Source: Octopus sinensis (taxonomy: Eukaryota). Taken from it: a stretch of 64,000 bases of DNA. This document shows positions 1-12,549 of this stretch, one piece after another (positions within the stretch are counted from its first letter, which is position 1; each line of letters starts with the position of its first letter). The stretch is taken from assembly GCF_006345805.1 (NCBI RefSeq), contig NC_043005.1, positions 53,072,001 through 53,136,000 on the forward strand. The letters are read 5' to 3'. The translations under genes were made by a program, and so were the position numbers. The notes beneath the pieces were generated by a model. That model searched no databases and was not told the DNA's origin. It saw only the letters and a list, made by a program, of their open reading frames with translations.

Positions 1-696
1 TAGCTTGTTTTCTAGATTTCTACAAATGTTCTAGTTATAACCTGATTATAGAATTTCATTATCTCTTGGATGAATGAGAAAAGCAATAACGAAACGAAAA
101 CAAACAATACAATGCCAAAAAAAAAAAAACCCAATAGAAACAAAGCAACAACAAAAATAAAACACACCTGATATCGATGCAATGCTGAACAGGCAAACAG
201 TTTTCTGTATAGCCTGTAGCAGTTTTGGTAGAAAATACTTAAGAAAAAAGAAAAAAAGAAAAAGAATGTAAGAAAGAAAAAGAATTGGTTTCAAGCTGTT
301 AAGAAACTAAAGGTATTTATGTGGAATAAATAATATCTCTTTTGATATAAAGACTTCCAAAAATTTTCAAGCCAAATAGAAAAAAAAAAGTTAATATCAG
401 AAAAATGAAACATAATAGAAATAAAATTAAATATAAAGAAAAATATAATACGGAAATTTTACTTAAAAGCAAATAACCATGCTTTCAAATTATCTTGATT
501 TTGTATACAATATTCTTTCTATAGCTAACAATTCACGATCTTTATTAATCAGGTCTATTTCAGTGAGTGTAAATGTGTATGAAATATATATATATCCACT
601 TCAATTTCTCCAGCACTGCCTCTCTCTCTCTCTCTGCGCGCACACTTTTACTTACTAATGCACGCGCATGTTATATATACTTTCTTTCTCCCTCGC

Positions 697-754
<58 letters not shown>

Positions 755-837
755 TGTATGTATGTATGTATGTATGTATGTGTGTATGCTTACATACATG
801 TAGACATACATATACACCGATACATATGTGTGGTTAC

Positions 838-1135
838 TCTTTCAAGAATCGAACAAACTGCAAACAACTATGTATGCAAGCTGTGCCGTAATAATTTTGG
901 CACCAAGAAGGGCTTGAAGATACATCTAGGAAAGACTTGTAGGAAGAGGACAGAACAGTGTGGATCATCTGATGCTAACCACCGCGTATCGACAAATGCT
1001 ACAGCAAATACCTCTTCCTAAGAGGAAACCACAGATTATGTGACTAATGCATCAGATAGTACTCATAAGAAACCAAAGGTTCTGTGGCCCGCTGCTACTG
1101 AAAAAAGAAAGGGATAAAAAGTTTGAAAGCAAGTT
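838..1135 (+). pseudogene. 5' remnant of an RLE-type (HERO/R2-like) non-LTR retrotransposon ORF with N-terminal zinc finger
   Basis: Translation CKLCRNNFGTKKGLKIHLGKTC (CX2CX12HX4C, 875-940), then past a stop at 1019-1021 the motif KPKVLWPAA. This resembles the N-termini of HERO-like elements as I recall them. No RT follows. Confidence 0.55.
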
Positions 1136-1189
1136 ATGTAAGCAATGGTGTGCATAACATTAGGGACTTCAGTGGAACGGGCGCAGAGC

Positions 1190-2072
1190 CATCTGCCATT
1201 TCTCCAGTTCACTTTTTGATCCAGGACAAAGTTCTTCTCATCTGATAAGAACCAGAGTATGTCGGGTTCTTCGGGTTGCTTGAGTTTGTTCAGGAAGCGC
1301 TAGTATCGGATCACGAGGTTCTCCCGGGCCTTATCAGACATGTACTGCTCTCTTCTTATAACACAGGATTTGTACCTGATGTCTTCATGCACCACATGTC
1401 TAAGCGTTCACACCTACTTAGGGAGATGATTGGCAATGGCCATCATTGGCTTGCCGGGATTTTCATTAATAACACCTTTGATTTTCTGGACAAACTTGAC
1501 TTTTCTGACACTCTTTGTCCGCCGAGATCGCTCTTCTTTTATCTACGGAAGAAACAGTCTCGCTAGAGGCCAGTAGCTTTTTCTGATTTTGAACACAAAG
1601 AACCTGACAACATTTAAAAAGTTTATAAGCGCAGATCACTGGGGTGAGCAGCTAAAGTGGCAGCAACAGCAGGCATTTTCATCGTCTGCGTTAGATTCGA
1701 AGCTTCCCTGTTGGGACTGAACATAGAGAAGGTATGGCGAGCTGGCAGAAACGTTAGCACGCCGGGCGAAGTGCTTAGCTGTATTTCGTCTGTCTTTAGT
1801 CCTTTGTGGGTAGTAAAGAAATAGGTATTTTGTCTCTCTTTACGTTCTGAGTTCAAATTCCGCCGAGGTCAACTTCGCCTTTCATCCCTTCGGGGTCGAT
1901 AAATTAAGTACAAGTTACGCACTGGGGTCGATGTACTCGACTTAATCCGTTTGTCTGTCCTTGTTTGTCCTCTCTGTGTTTAGCCCCTTGTGGGTAGTAA
2001 AGAAATAGGTATTCAAATAAAGTTTGTGCTAGTTATGGCTCTTAAACGTTTTGCTCTGAAATAGCTGACACA
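1190..2072 (-). mobile_element. Degenerate maT/DD37D-like Tc1/mariner transposon, 5' half, interrupted by a SINE
   Basis: Minus-strand translation KIKGVINENPGKPMMAIA...VVHEDIRYKS...RFLNKLKQPEEPDILWFLSDEKNFVLDQKVN contains the first catalytic D (SDEK). A CAGGGTGTGTC-type end lies next to TA at about 2060-2072. Confidence 0.75.
1736..2007 (+). mobile_element. tRNA-derived SINE family A (tail-1 subfamily) with a 26-nt internal self-insertion
   Basis: A-box-like TGGCAGAAACGTTAGC and B-box GAGTTCAAATTCC, core CTTTCATCCCTTCGGGGTCGATAAATTAAGTAC, flanked by GGTAT (1731-1735 and 2008-2012). Confidence 0.9.
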
Positions 2073-2776
2073 CCCTGAATATATATATCTAATAAATTAT
2101 GCACCAGCCAAACAAAAATGATGTCGATGGTGTTCCGTGTGACTTGAAACTGTAAATTCCGCATTAACCTCAACATAAACGACATTTCAAAAGCAATTTT
2201 ACTTTATATAGAATTTTCTTTATTAGAAATATTCATATCATCAGTTTTTATGACAAGCGATTTGTCAACAACTGACGCGATACAACGCAACACCTCACTT
2301 GTATTATGCTGGATATCTTTCATCTGTACAGGCACAGTTATGAACAAGTTCGCTGGATTTATGGAAAGTGTCACATTCTGAAAACGTTATACAAGCAGCA
2401 GATGACAATTGTTTAATTTTGAACAACATGTAGAGGTTAATCTTGTACAACGACATTTGGTACTATTAATAAGAATAAATGGTCGAATTGAAATACCATT
2501 TATAACATACACGTTTGATTTGAAATCTATAGGAAGATTTAGATTTTGTGACAAGAGACGTAATGGAGAGCAGAAAGAGAAAAAGGAAGAGAGGGTGAGA
2601 GAGATAGAAATAAGAGAGTACCAAGGAGAGATATTACTAATAGATAATTATATATATATATGCGTATTTTCTCTCTGTTTCTGTATCTGTGTCTCTCTCT
2701 CCATTTTGTTCCTCTCTCGCACTCATTCTCTGTTCAATATGTATGTATGTATGACTTTCTCCCCTCCTCTTCCTCT

Positions 2777-2810
<34 letters not shown>

Positions 2811-2876
2811 TTCTTGTTGCTAGAGAAGATTTTATTCATATATGCGCGCACACACACACATCTATCTATCTATCTT

Positions 2877-2937
<61 letters not shown>

Positions 2938-3499
2938 TTATCTATATATGTATATTTAGAAAAATATATATACACATTATTACTTATTATTAAACACATA
3001 CACACATGCACACATTTACCGAATATATATCGAAAGAGAGAGAGAGAGGGAGAGAGAGAGAAAGGCCTAACACAAACAGACAGATGGATAGATAAATAGA
3101 AAGGCACATAGATATATACATATGCATACTTTCCCACTCTCTCTCTCTCTCTCTCTTTCACACACACATATACACACATATACAGTGGTATTTCATTGTC
3201 GCACACAAGTATAATACTCCGGCTGACGCATTGAAAGTCCCAACCAAGACCGTTCATTTCTCAAGCACACCAAAGAGTAACGGCTATCTAACATTCCTTA
3301 CCAGAGACCAACCTAACAATAATCATATCCCAAGATTGCACGAGATATCCATAGTACCTTTACTTTGTAAATAGAATTACAGCTACTTAGTCTACCGGGA
3401 CGAATTTAAATATACAGCTCGTAAATTCTGGACCATGTTTGACAAAATGTTTATCTGGGAGTCGGCTCATATACGGCAACCATATTGCCAACTATCCTT

Positions 3500-3924
3500 T
3501 TACTCTTTTACTCTTTTATTTGTTTCAGTCATGTGACTGTGGCCATGCTGGAGCACCGCTTTTAGTGGAGCAAATCAACCCCAGGACTTATTCTTTTTAA
3601 GCCTAGTACTTATTCTAACGGTCTCTTTTGCCGAGCCGCTAAGTTACGGGTATGTAAACACACCAGCATCGGTTGTCAAGCGATGTTGGGTGGGGTTGGA
3701 GGTCAAACACAGACGCACAAACATAAACACACACATACATATATATATATATATACGTATATGCAACGGGCTTCTTTCAGCTTCCGTCTACCAAATCCAC
3801 TCACAAGGCTTTGGTCAGCCCGAGGTTGTAGTAGAAGATACTTGCCCAAGTTGCCACGCAATGAGACTGAACCCGGAGCCATGTGGTTGGTAAGCAAGCT
3901 ACTTACCACACCGCCACTCCTACG

Positions 3925-3930
<6 letters not shown>
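3500..3930 (-). mobile_element. SINE family B
   Basis: Reverse complement of the family B consensus seen throughout the window (GTGGTAAGTAGCTTGC...GGGTTCAGTC...TTGGGCAAGT...GGATTTGGTAGACGGAA...GGTGCTCCAGCATGGCC). Confidence 0.9.
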
Positions 3931-4014
<84 letters not shown>

Positions 4015-4017
<3 letters not shown>

Positions 4018-4300
4018 GCGCAATGGCCCAGTGGTTAGGGCAGCAGACTAGCGGTTTCGATTCCCAGACCGGACGTTGTGAGTGTTTATTGAGCGAAAAC
4101 GCCTAAAGCTCCACGAGGCTCTGGCAGGGGGTGGTGGCGAACCCTGCTGTACTCTTTCGCCACAACTTTCTCTCACTCTTTCTGTTGTTGGCCTGCTCGT
4201 TTAGCCAGAGGAGTGGCGTCATTTGGAGGCTAAAATAATGCGAAGTGTATTGTGACCAGCGATGTGTAGCAACATCTGATTGCCTGGTCGGTCGCGGTGA
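4015..4300 (+). mobile_element. SINE family C
   Basis: tRNA-like head GGCGCAATGGCCCAGTGGTTAG...GGTTTCGATTCCCAGACCGG; a related head lies on the minus strand at about 48900-48985. Confidence 0.75.
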
Positions 4301-4317
4301 TCACTGTGATATATATG

Positions 4318-4725
4318 TGCAGGAGTGGCTATGTGGTAAGTAGCTTGCTAACCAACCACATGGTTCTGGGTTCAGTCCCACTGCGTGGCATCTTGGGCAA
4401 GAGTCTTCTGCTATAGCCCCGGGCCGACCGATGCCTTGTGAGTGGATTTGGTAGACGGAAACTGAAAAAAGCCTGTCGTATATATGTATGTATATATGTA
4501 TGTGTGTGTGTGTGTTTGTGTGTCTGTGTTTGTCCCCCTAGCATTGCTTGACGACCGATGCTGGTGTGTTTACGTCCCCGTCACTTAGCGGTTCGGAAAA
4601 AGAGACCGATATAATAAGTACTGGGCTTACAAAGAATAAGTCCCGGGGTCGATTTGCTCGACTAAAGGCGGTGCTCCAGCATGGCCGCAGTCAAATGACT
4701 GAAACAAGTAAAAGAGAAAAAGAGA
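4318..4725 (+). mobile_element. SINE family B, full length
   Basis: Complete head-core-(TA/TG)n-tail, ending GACTGAAACAAGTAAAAGA. Confidence 0.9.
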
Positions 4726-5472
4726 GAAAGATATATATATATATAGGTTAAATAAAGTGGAGAATCCTATCAAAGATTTGTGCATACATTTGCAGGCTTA
4801 CGTGGTGAAAACTAATTACATAATGACAAAGACAGATCATGCATTTATAAAGAGGACAATCCATGTTTAAGTGCACTTTAATACAGCTGCTTCTGTATAT
4901 GATGGATGAATTGTCATTCATGCACACCTAGTGATGTGTCTGTACATATGTATATTCTCCATATTCGTACTAATGTGAGTGTGTATGTGTGTGTGTGTAT
5001 ACATATTCACACATATATAGGTATGCATTTATATATGCATGTGTGTATTTATATGTATATATACATGCACAAAGACACACATGTACATATATATATATAT
5101 ATATATATACACACAAAAACGCAAGTTCACACACATATACACATGCACACACACACGCACACATATATGCACACGTACACACACAGACATATATACATGC
5201 ATGTACACATACACTTACACCGTATAAAGACACATAAGCATGTGCGCGCACAAACACACGCATATATACACAGACATGCATGCGCGTGCGCATACACAAA
5301 CATATATGTATGCACACACATAAATATATACATATAGACATACATGCAAATACACATACACACACTGTACACACATATTCATATATTTTCAATACTTCTG
5401 CGAGTATAATCATTGAAGTTATATACCCCTAAAAATAATGAAATCAATGTTCTTACTGCAAACTTTCATATG

Positions 5473-5705
5473 ATAATATAGTTCTAATTCCAGCGGCGAG
5501 CTGGCAGAAACGTTAGCACGCCGGGCGAAATGCTTAGCGATATTTCGTCTGTCTTTATGTTCTGAGTTCAAATTCTGCCGAGGTCGAATGTGCCTTTCAT
5601 CCTTTCGGGGTCGATAAATTAAGTACCAGTTGCGTACTGGTGTCGATCTAATCGACTGGCCCCTTCCTCTAAAATTTCAGGCCTTGTGTCTAAAGTAGAA
5701 ACGAA
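5473..5705 (+). mobile_element. SINE family A (tail-2 subfamily)
   Basis: Same head and core as 1736-2007; tail AAAATTTCAGGCCTTGTGTCTAAAGTAGAA. Confidence 0.9.
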
Positions 5706-7824
5706 TATAGTTCTGGTTCCGTTTCAAATTTGTTTAACAAGTATAATTTCGGCAATTTTTGTTTTTGTGCATTCGTCAGAAACGGATTTCTAGCTAAGCA
5801 TTTAACGAGTACAACATTAGACATGAAACAAAGTCGGAGATCGCTGGCGCTGGAGTTGTGTGCATATTAACACCCCGTGTTAGTCTCCCGATGTAAGGAT
5901 AAGAATATTCCCTCTATAGACACAAAAATGATTTATTATGTTACATTCTCAAAAACAAAATACGAAAAATGCGTAGAATAAGAAAAGGAAAATAATTATA
6001 GCTGGCTTTACATACTCTTTGCCAATAATTTTTACTGTACCCGATAGTGGTTGAGAAAGATTCATTAAGCTTACCTTCTAAGGTCCTTCACGCTACTGAA
6101 AATACCTAACCCCTTTTACTCTAAAATAGCAGCCACAAATAACGCACAAGTACAAGCCACTACATAAGTCTGGTATGACAGCAGATTGCGTGTACGAGGC
6201 TATCTCCGAGCCCTGACCATGCAGCGCTTCAAATTCTTATGGTTTCGGTATTACGTCTCATTATTTGATGGGTAATTTGAATTTTCATAAACTGTTGGCT
6301 ATCGATCCTCGCTACACACCGCCATTTATTTCTCAATGTGAGATGTTCCCAATAAACGATGCTGATGGTCAACGAATTTATGATACCATGGAATATATCC
6401 CACGACGTCACAAAAGCTGGTGACACTTTCCGATAAGAATTTCTTCATAAAATAATCGTTTTGAATACTTGAAATCACTGAGACGGAAGGCATGACAAAT
6501 CCATCGCATATGGTGCATGATAAGGCGAGCTTCTACTCTCAACTAAAGAGCATTTCTGTGACAGGTGTAAAGAATATTAATCGCATGCTTAATATACGCT
6601 TTAGAATCGCTCAAAATTTTGTTGTGACGTCGATACATGGTCCTTAATTGAGATGAATATAACAGGCGCATGTAGTGACGCAAGCGTCGTAGATGCAAGG
6701 GTTTGTAAATTCAAGTCCCTATCTGACCAGACCCGTTACTTCATTGTCTCAAACACAACTGAAACCTCAATCCTCAAGTCAAATTTCAAAATTAGTGATC
6801 CATTCTCCGAGAAAAGAGGTCAAGATATACAAGAGAATCCAGTACTTAAATTCTGGTTCTTTGGACAAATATATTTGGGGTAGGCATAAACAAGAGGTTG
6901 TATTGCAATAACTTCATTCTCTGGCATTAAAGTCAACAGTAGAATTTTGTCACAAGTCTGTGTATTTCTAAGTCTCTTATCGAAAAGAAGTAGAACTTCT
7001 GTTGAGTGAACAGTTGATGTATAAACAGAGAAAAATATCATATGGAGTTTAATAACAGAGTCACTTACATTGGATGTTAACTCCTCTAACCTATTACCAT
7101 AGTTATTCCTGATCAGAAAGATAACGCCATCCTCTATGTTTTGATTCGTTGGCCTGCCAAATCAAAAGACACTGTAGTCATTTCAATGAGTTGATAATCG
7201 TGTCGCAAAAAAGGGATTGCAACAAGAGCAGTACAGCGCTCAAGTCAGGTGGTCTTTCCATTAGCCTGTAGGATTCGCATATTCCAGTAGCATATCGGTA
7301 GATGTAGCATTCGCGTGTTTATGTTTTCTCACTTTATATTTACTATTTACATGCTACATTTGCTGGTTCCACTGAAATAAACATTTGTTGGTCGCAATAA
7401 AGTAACAGGCGGGTTGTGGGCAAACAACGTTTGGCACACCTTATATGTGTATGTGTGTGTGCGCGTGCGTGTGTATGTGTGTGTGTAAATAACACTGGTT
7501 GACAAAATTAAATGTATTATACTCAATTATAAAATTGACTTGTATATACAAAATTAAATGTATTATGAATGCAAACCAAATATTTTAGACTAATTTTTCA
7601 TGCTGCTTTCAAAATTGCACTCCATTTGTATGCAACACATATCAGTTTTTCAGTAGCTACATGCAAATATTTACATATTTGTATATATGAAATCATTAAC
7701 GTAATAAATAAGGACATATTTTTAGAAAGTAAATGAGTTTATTGAGTTAAAAATCATCACTATCATTCTACAAAGAGTGAATACACAAAAAATGGGCCAG
7801 ACAAAACAAAGTTAGAACAACGGA

Positions 7825-9650
7825 GTTAGAAACATTGTGATTTGGATTTCCTGTGGTGTTCCTGATCTGGTTGATCTCAGTAAACTGTCCAGCAATAGTT
7901 AACCAGCATACTGTCATACCAGAAGCCTTGGTATGGTCTCTATAGCACTAATGTCCTGGTGAAATATTTCCCCATGTTCATCAGACATTGCTCCAAGGTT
8001 ATCTGCGAAGAAATCCAGATGGGAGTCCAAGAAGTGAACTTTCAGTGACATGCGACAACCCATTGCTGCATTTCCATTAATATTTCAGAAGATTCTTGAT
8101 ACCATTTTTGTAGTCCATCGCCTTCTTGTTGCCCAAGAAATTCTCACAGATCCAATTGAAAGCATTCTATGCAGGCAGTTCCAGTTCATCCAGTGTTGTC
8201 TTCAAGTTGACATCTTTGAGTACTTCTCTAATTTGGGGTCCCTCTTTCAACTTCGCCTTGCATTTATCTTCACTAGTGTCTTTACAAATTAGTTTATCAG
8301 TCCAACCGTTATGTGGAAAGGAGGCAGTAGGTCATGACATGGATCTGCAAGAAGTGTATTCTTGATGTTAGACAGCCCTGGCTGGTATGATCTTTTTGTT
8401 GATTTCGTATATTTGTCAGTTGCCCGACTATACCACAGACACAAGAAACAATAGTATTTTGTGAAACCTGACTGCATTCCCATTAATATTCCAATGATTT
8501 TTAAACCTCTACATGTTTTCCATGAGCATCTTTCATAGGCAATGGCGTGAAGTAAATGTTCCATATTCTCATATGATTCATGAAGGTGAACGGAGTGTGC
8601 AATAGAAATGGAGGGATCCAAATTACCATTATGGAGAAGTACGGTCTTTAAACTTCGTTGTGAAGAGTTAATAAACAAATGCCACTTTGCAAGATCATGA
8701 TTTTGTGATAAACATTCAAAAATATCATCGCTGTTATTGCAAAAGCAAAAGTAGCCTTCAATAGAAAAACACGTTTGTAGAATCACATTTCTCTGCCGAA
8801 AATAAGTTATACGAATACCGTGCTCTAGTAGATACTTCTCCTTCGGTCTTGATGCCAACACTTCTGCTTTATCTTTTGAGAGGGATAGGTCTCTGACAAG
8901 GTCATTCAGTTCAACTTGGGAAAATTTCTGAGGTTCAAAGCTATCGTCATCAGCCACGTAATCCTCTTCCGAAGCACTATCGTGACAGTCAGCATCCTCA
9001 TCTGATGTTTCAATACCTATTTCTTTATTACCCACAAGGGGCTAAACACAGAGAGGACAAATAAGGACAGACAACGGATTAAGTCTATTATATCGACCCC
9101 AGTGCGTAACTGGTACTTAATTAATCGACCCCAGAGGGATGAAAGGCAAAGTCGACCTCGGCGGAATTTGAACTCAGAACGTAACGGCAGACGAAATACG
9201 GCTACGCATTTCGCCCGGCGTGCTAACGTTTCTGCCAGCTCACCGCCTGATGTTTCAATACCATTATCTAGTGGAACTGGAATTGGCAGACTTTCATTGT
9301 GAGGCACAGGTCTCACTGCAGAATACAAATTAGGATAAACAATTTTGTGTTTATTCTTCATAGAAAATCCTGTGACACTTACTTTGCAAAAATAACAGTA
9401 ATTAAAATGGTCTTTCGGCTCCTTTCATATCATTGGAATGTCAAAGGCATGGACTTCTTATTGAACTAGTCACGTAAGCCATTTGAGCAAGATGAGCAGA
9501 TAAAAATCTAGTGTCCATAGCTTGTCCTGATCTCGAAGAGGACAGTCAAAGTATAGCTTATAAATCTTCTTGATCTCCTGTGTTATTGTACGTTTAGACA
9601 TAACAAAACACATCAGGACGATTTCTACATTGTCTTGACAGTGTTAACAT
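7825..9650 (-). pseudogene. Chapaev3-like transposase pseudogene
   Basis: N-terminal SRQCRNRPDVFCYV and EPKDHFNYCYFC, central FSQVELNDLVRDLSLSK...SLKTVLLHNGN...GMQSGFTKYYCFLCLW, C-terminal HLDFFADNLGAMSDEHGEIFHQDI. Contains stops, frameshifts and a SINE insertion. Confidence 0.85.
9018..9246 (-). mobile_element. SINE family A (tail-1) inserted in the Chapaev3 transposase with a 16-bp TSD
   Basis: CTGATGTTTCAATACC is duplicated at 9002-9017 and 9247-9262. Confidence 0.92.
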
Positions 9651-10149
9651 TGTAAAACAAGTAAGGAAATAGATACAAATGGTTATACTTATATTGAATT
9701 TAAGATAATGAAATATTTTATCAGACCAATTATGACTGGACAATTTTAGATGTTGAAATACCTATTTCGTCAGACAAAACTTGACTGGTTAATTTAAGAT
9801 GATGAAATATTGCGCCTGAACTATGCAGCAATGAATAGTGTAGTTTATTTTAAAGGTATGTCTGTATGATGTAAATTAAATAGATACACACACGTCATTA
9901 ATTAGAATTTCTATATAATGCATGACCTAAAATCAAAAATATTTTTCATCTTGAAAACTGTACGCGATGTCAAAAAGCTAATTGTATATTTGAAATCAGC
10001 TTTAATTTCTCCACTAAGTACATTTTGATATATGCTTCATGAAAAATATTTGTTGACCAGTGTAATTGATTGCGAAGACAGACTGTACTGTAAGATTTAT
10101 GTAGCAGGACGATCGTTTCGGCTTAAAACTGCACTGCTTCTTAGTGGGT

Positions 10150-10880
10150 GGGGCCCCACCTTCAAGAGTTTTTAGTTGAATAAATCGACTCTACTTTTTT
10201 AGAGCCTGGTGCTCATTCTATCAGTTTTTTGTCGAAGCGCTAAATAACGAGGACGTAAACACACCAACACCGTTTAGCAAACGGTGTTGGGGGATGCAGA
10301 CAGAAGGAAACACTCACGCACACACACACAAGCACACATACTCACGCATGTATATGTACGATGGGCTTCTTTCAGTTTTGGTTGGCCCGAGGCTATAGTT
10401 GAAAACACTCGCCCAAGGTGCAACGTCGTGGGACTGAACCCGGAGCTATGTGGCTGGGAAGTAATCTTCCTAACAGCCATACCCGCGCCAGGCGTGGTCG
10501 TGTGGTAAGAAGTTTGCTTCCCAACCACTTGATCCCGGATTCAGTCCCACTGCGTGGCACCTTGTGCAACTGTCTTGTACTATAGCCTCGGACCGATGGA
10601 AGTCTCGTGAGTGGATTTGAAAGAGGAAACTGAAAGAAGCCCATCGTATACACACACACATATATTTATGCGTGTGTCTGTGTTGTCCCCCACCCTCGCT
10701 TGACGACCGATGTTGGTGTGTTTACGTCCCCCTAACTTAGCGAGTGGGCAAAAGAGACTGATAGAATGAGTACTAGACTGACAAAGAATAAATCCTGGAG
10801 TCGATCTGATCGACTAAAACCATTTGAGGTGGTGTTCCAGCATAGCCGCAATCAAATGACTGGAGCTAATAAAAGAATAC
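10150..10880. mobile_element. Two SINE family B copies head-to-head (minus about 10150-10487, plus about 10488-10880)
   Basis: Reverse and forward matches to family B meet at ...CCCGCGCC|AGGCGTGGTCGTGTGG. Confidence 0.85.
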
Positions 10881-11004
10881 AATAATAAAAGAATATGCGT
10901 GGTCTGTTCAATAACTATCAGTACTGTTGCCATTGTAACGAAGCTAAAGCATGCAGAGTAAAGCCGCTTGGCACAGATTGACCTTGCACCCTGTTTTGTA
11001 TGCG

Positions 11005-11680
11005 CACTAAGTTTTAACGTTGTACTTCACTTCCGCTGTTTGCAGAAGTGCTTTGAAGGAAGGTGAATAGCGTGTGATCGTAGCATTAATCATGATAAAG
11101 AAAGTTGAGCAGAGAATCTGCATCAAATTTTGCCAAAACTTTGGCGATACCTGATCAGAGGCCATCGTATAGTCTTCAAAAATTTTTCATCATTCTCGAC
11201 ACAATCAAGGAGATCTTGTGCTACTGAAACTCGATTGTCTTCTTGGGCAGCTGAAAGCAATTTTGGCACAAACTTGGCAGACACGCATCTCATACCCAAA
11301 TGTTAAGTGATAATGGACTGAACTGAACCGTAACTAATCTGCACATCCTCTGATAATTCACGAATGATGATTCAAAGACTTCCCTTCACAGCTGCACGCA
11401 CATTTGCGATGTTTTCCCCAGTTCTGCTCGTTGCGGGTCTCCTCGAGCGTCCGTCAATATCGACATTATTTTGGCTAAATTGGAAACGTCTGAAGCACGC
11501 GTACGCTTGTGTGGCCCATACACTCTTCTCCATACACTTTCTGCAACTTTGTGTAGGCCTCTGATCATGAAACCTTTCTCTGTCATGGTCAATGCGATGA
11601 TCACACGCTACACACCTTCCTTCCAAACACTGCTGTAAACTGGAGGCGAGCTCGAACGTTAAAACTTAGTGTGCATGCAC
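11005..11680. mobile_element. Mariner 5'-end fragments facing each other (plus 11005-11165, minus 11166-11680)
   Basis: Plus: MIKKVEQRICIKFCQNFGDT. Minus: KLQKVYGEECM...GRSRRPATSRTGENIANVRAAV...ISYGSVQSII...VSAKFVPKLLS. Both begin with CACTAAGTTTTAACGTT. Confidence 0.8.
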
Positions 11681-11693
11681 TGCAGAGTTCAAG

Positions 11694-11752
<59 letters not shown>

Positions 11753-11793
11753 ATGTATGTATATACAGATAGATAGATACATACGTACGTACG

Positions 11794-11829
<36 letters not shown>

Positions 11830-11935
11830 CATACACACACACACACATATATATATGTATGTATGTGTATATGTATGTATTTATATACAGATAGATAGAT
11901 AGATACATACATACATACATACATACATACATACA

Positions 11936-11971
<36 letters not shown>

Positions 11972-12549
11972 TGTGATGTGAAAGAATGCCAATGGATAAC
12001 AAGACTAAAACGTTTATGCTATAAAAGTTCGGCCCCTTTCATTATAATACTGAAATACCAGAAGTGTTGTATCCAATTTACAACATATAATAAGATAACA
12101 AAACGTCATATATGTACCAACATACCGCTCGCGCCCTCACACACTTGCATTGAATGCCTAAACGGAAAGATATATGTTCTCCAGTTATCAATAAATTATA
12201 TATTTTAAATAAGCAAGCAGGTGATAAAAATGTCTGCACACCCTTAGGTGCTCACTTCTTCCACTGATTAAATACAGTACAATTATCTATATGTTCTTGG
12301 GACTGCCAATATGCATACATATACACATAGCTTCCTACATACATACACGCAGCGATACATAAATAAATACATAAATACTTAATACCTATATATGTATATG
12401 CTACCCATTCATATTTCCACATTCACATACACACACTCAACACACAAAGAAGTATGTATGCGTGTGAGTTAGTGTGTACATTGTGCACATGTGTGCGTGA
12501 CTGTATATATGGGTATACATATATATATGTCAGATTATATATAACATTT

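Larger units (their letters stand above)
7493..10062 (-). mobile_element. Complete Chapaev3-like (CMC) DNA transposon, decayed
   Basis: Termini CACTGGTTGACAAA and, reverse-complemented, CACTGGTCAACAAA; TAA on both sides (7490-7492 and 10063-10065), matching the 3-bp TWA TSD of Chapaev3. Confidence 0.85.

Noticed and set aside
1736-1870. SINE heads as tRNA genes
   Set aside because: A/B-box-like motifs are present, but no cloverleaf forms and the heads continue into SINE cores and tails.
5719-5786. Hammerhead-like motif on the minus strand (TCCGTTT CTGACGA ... GAAA ... AAACGGA)
   Set aside because: Stem I and the core words are present, but stems II and III do not pair properly and the cleavage triplet is UUG, which is inactive. 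It is chance or heavily decayed.
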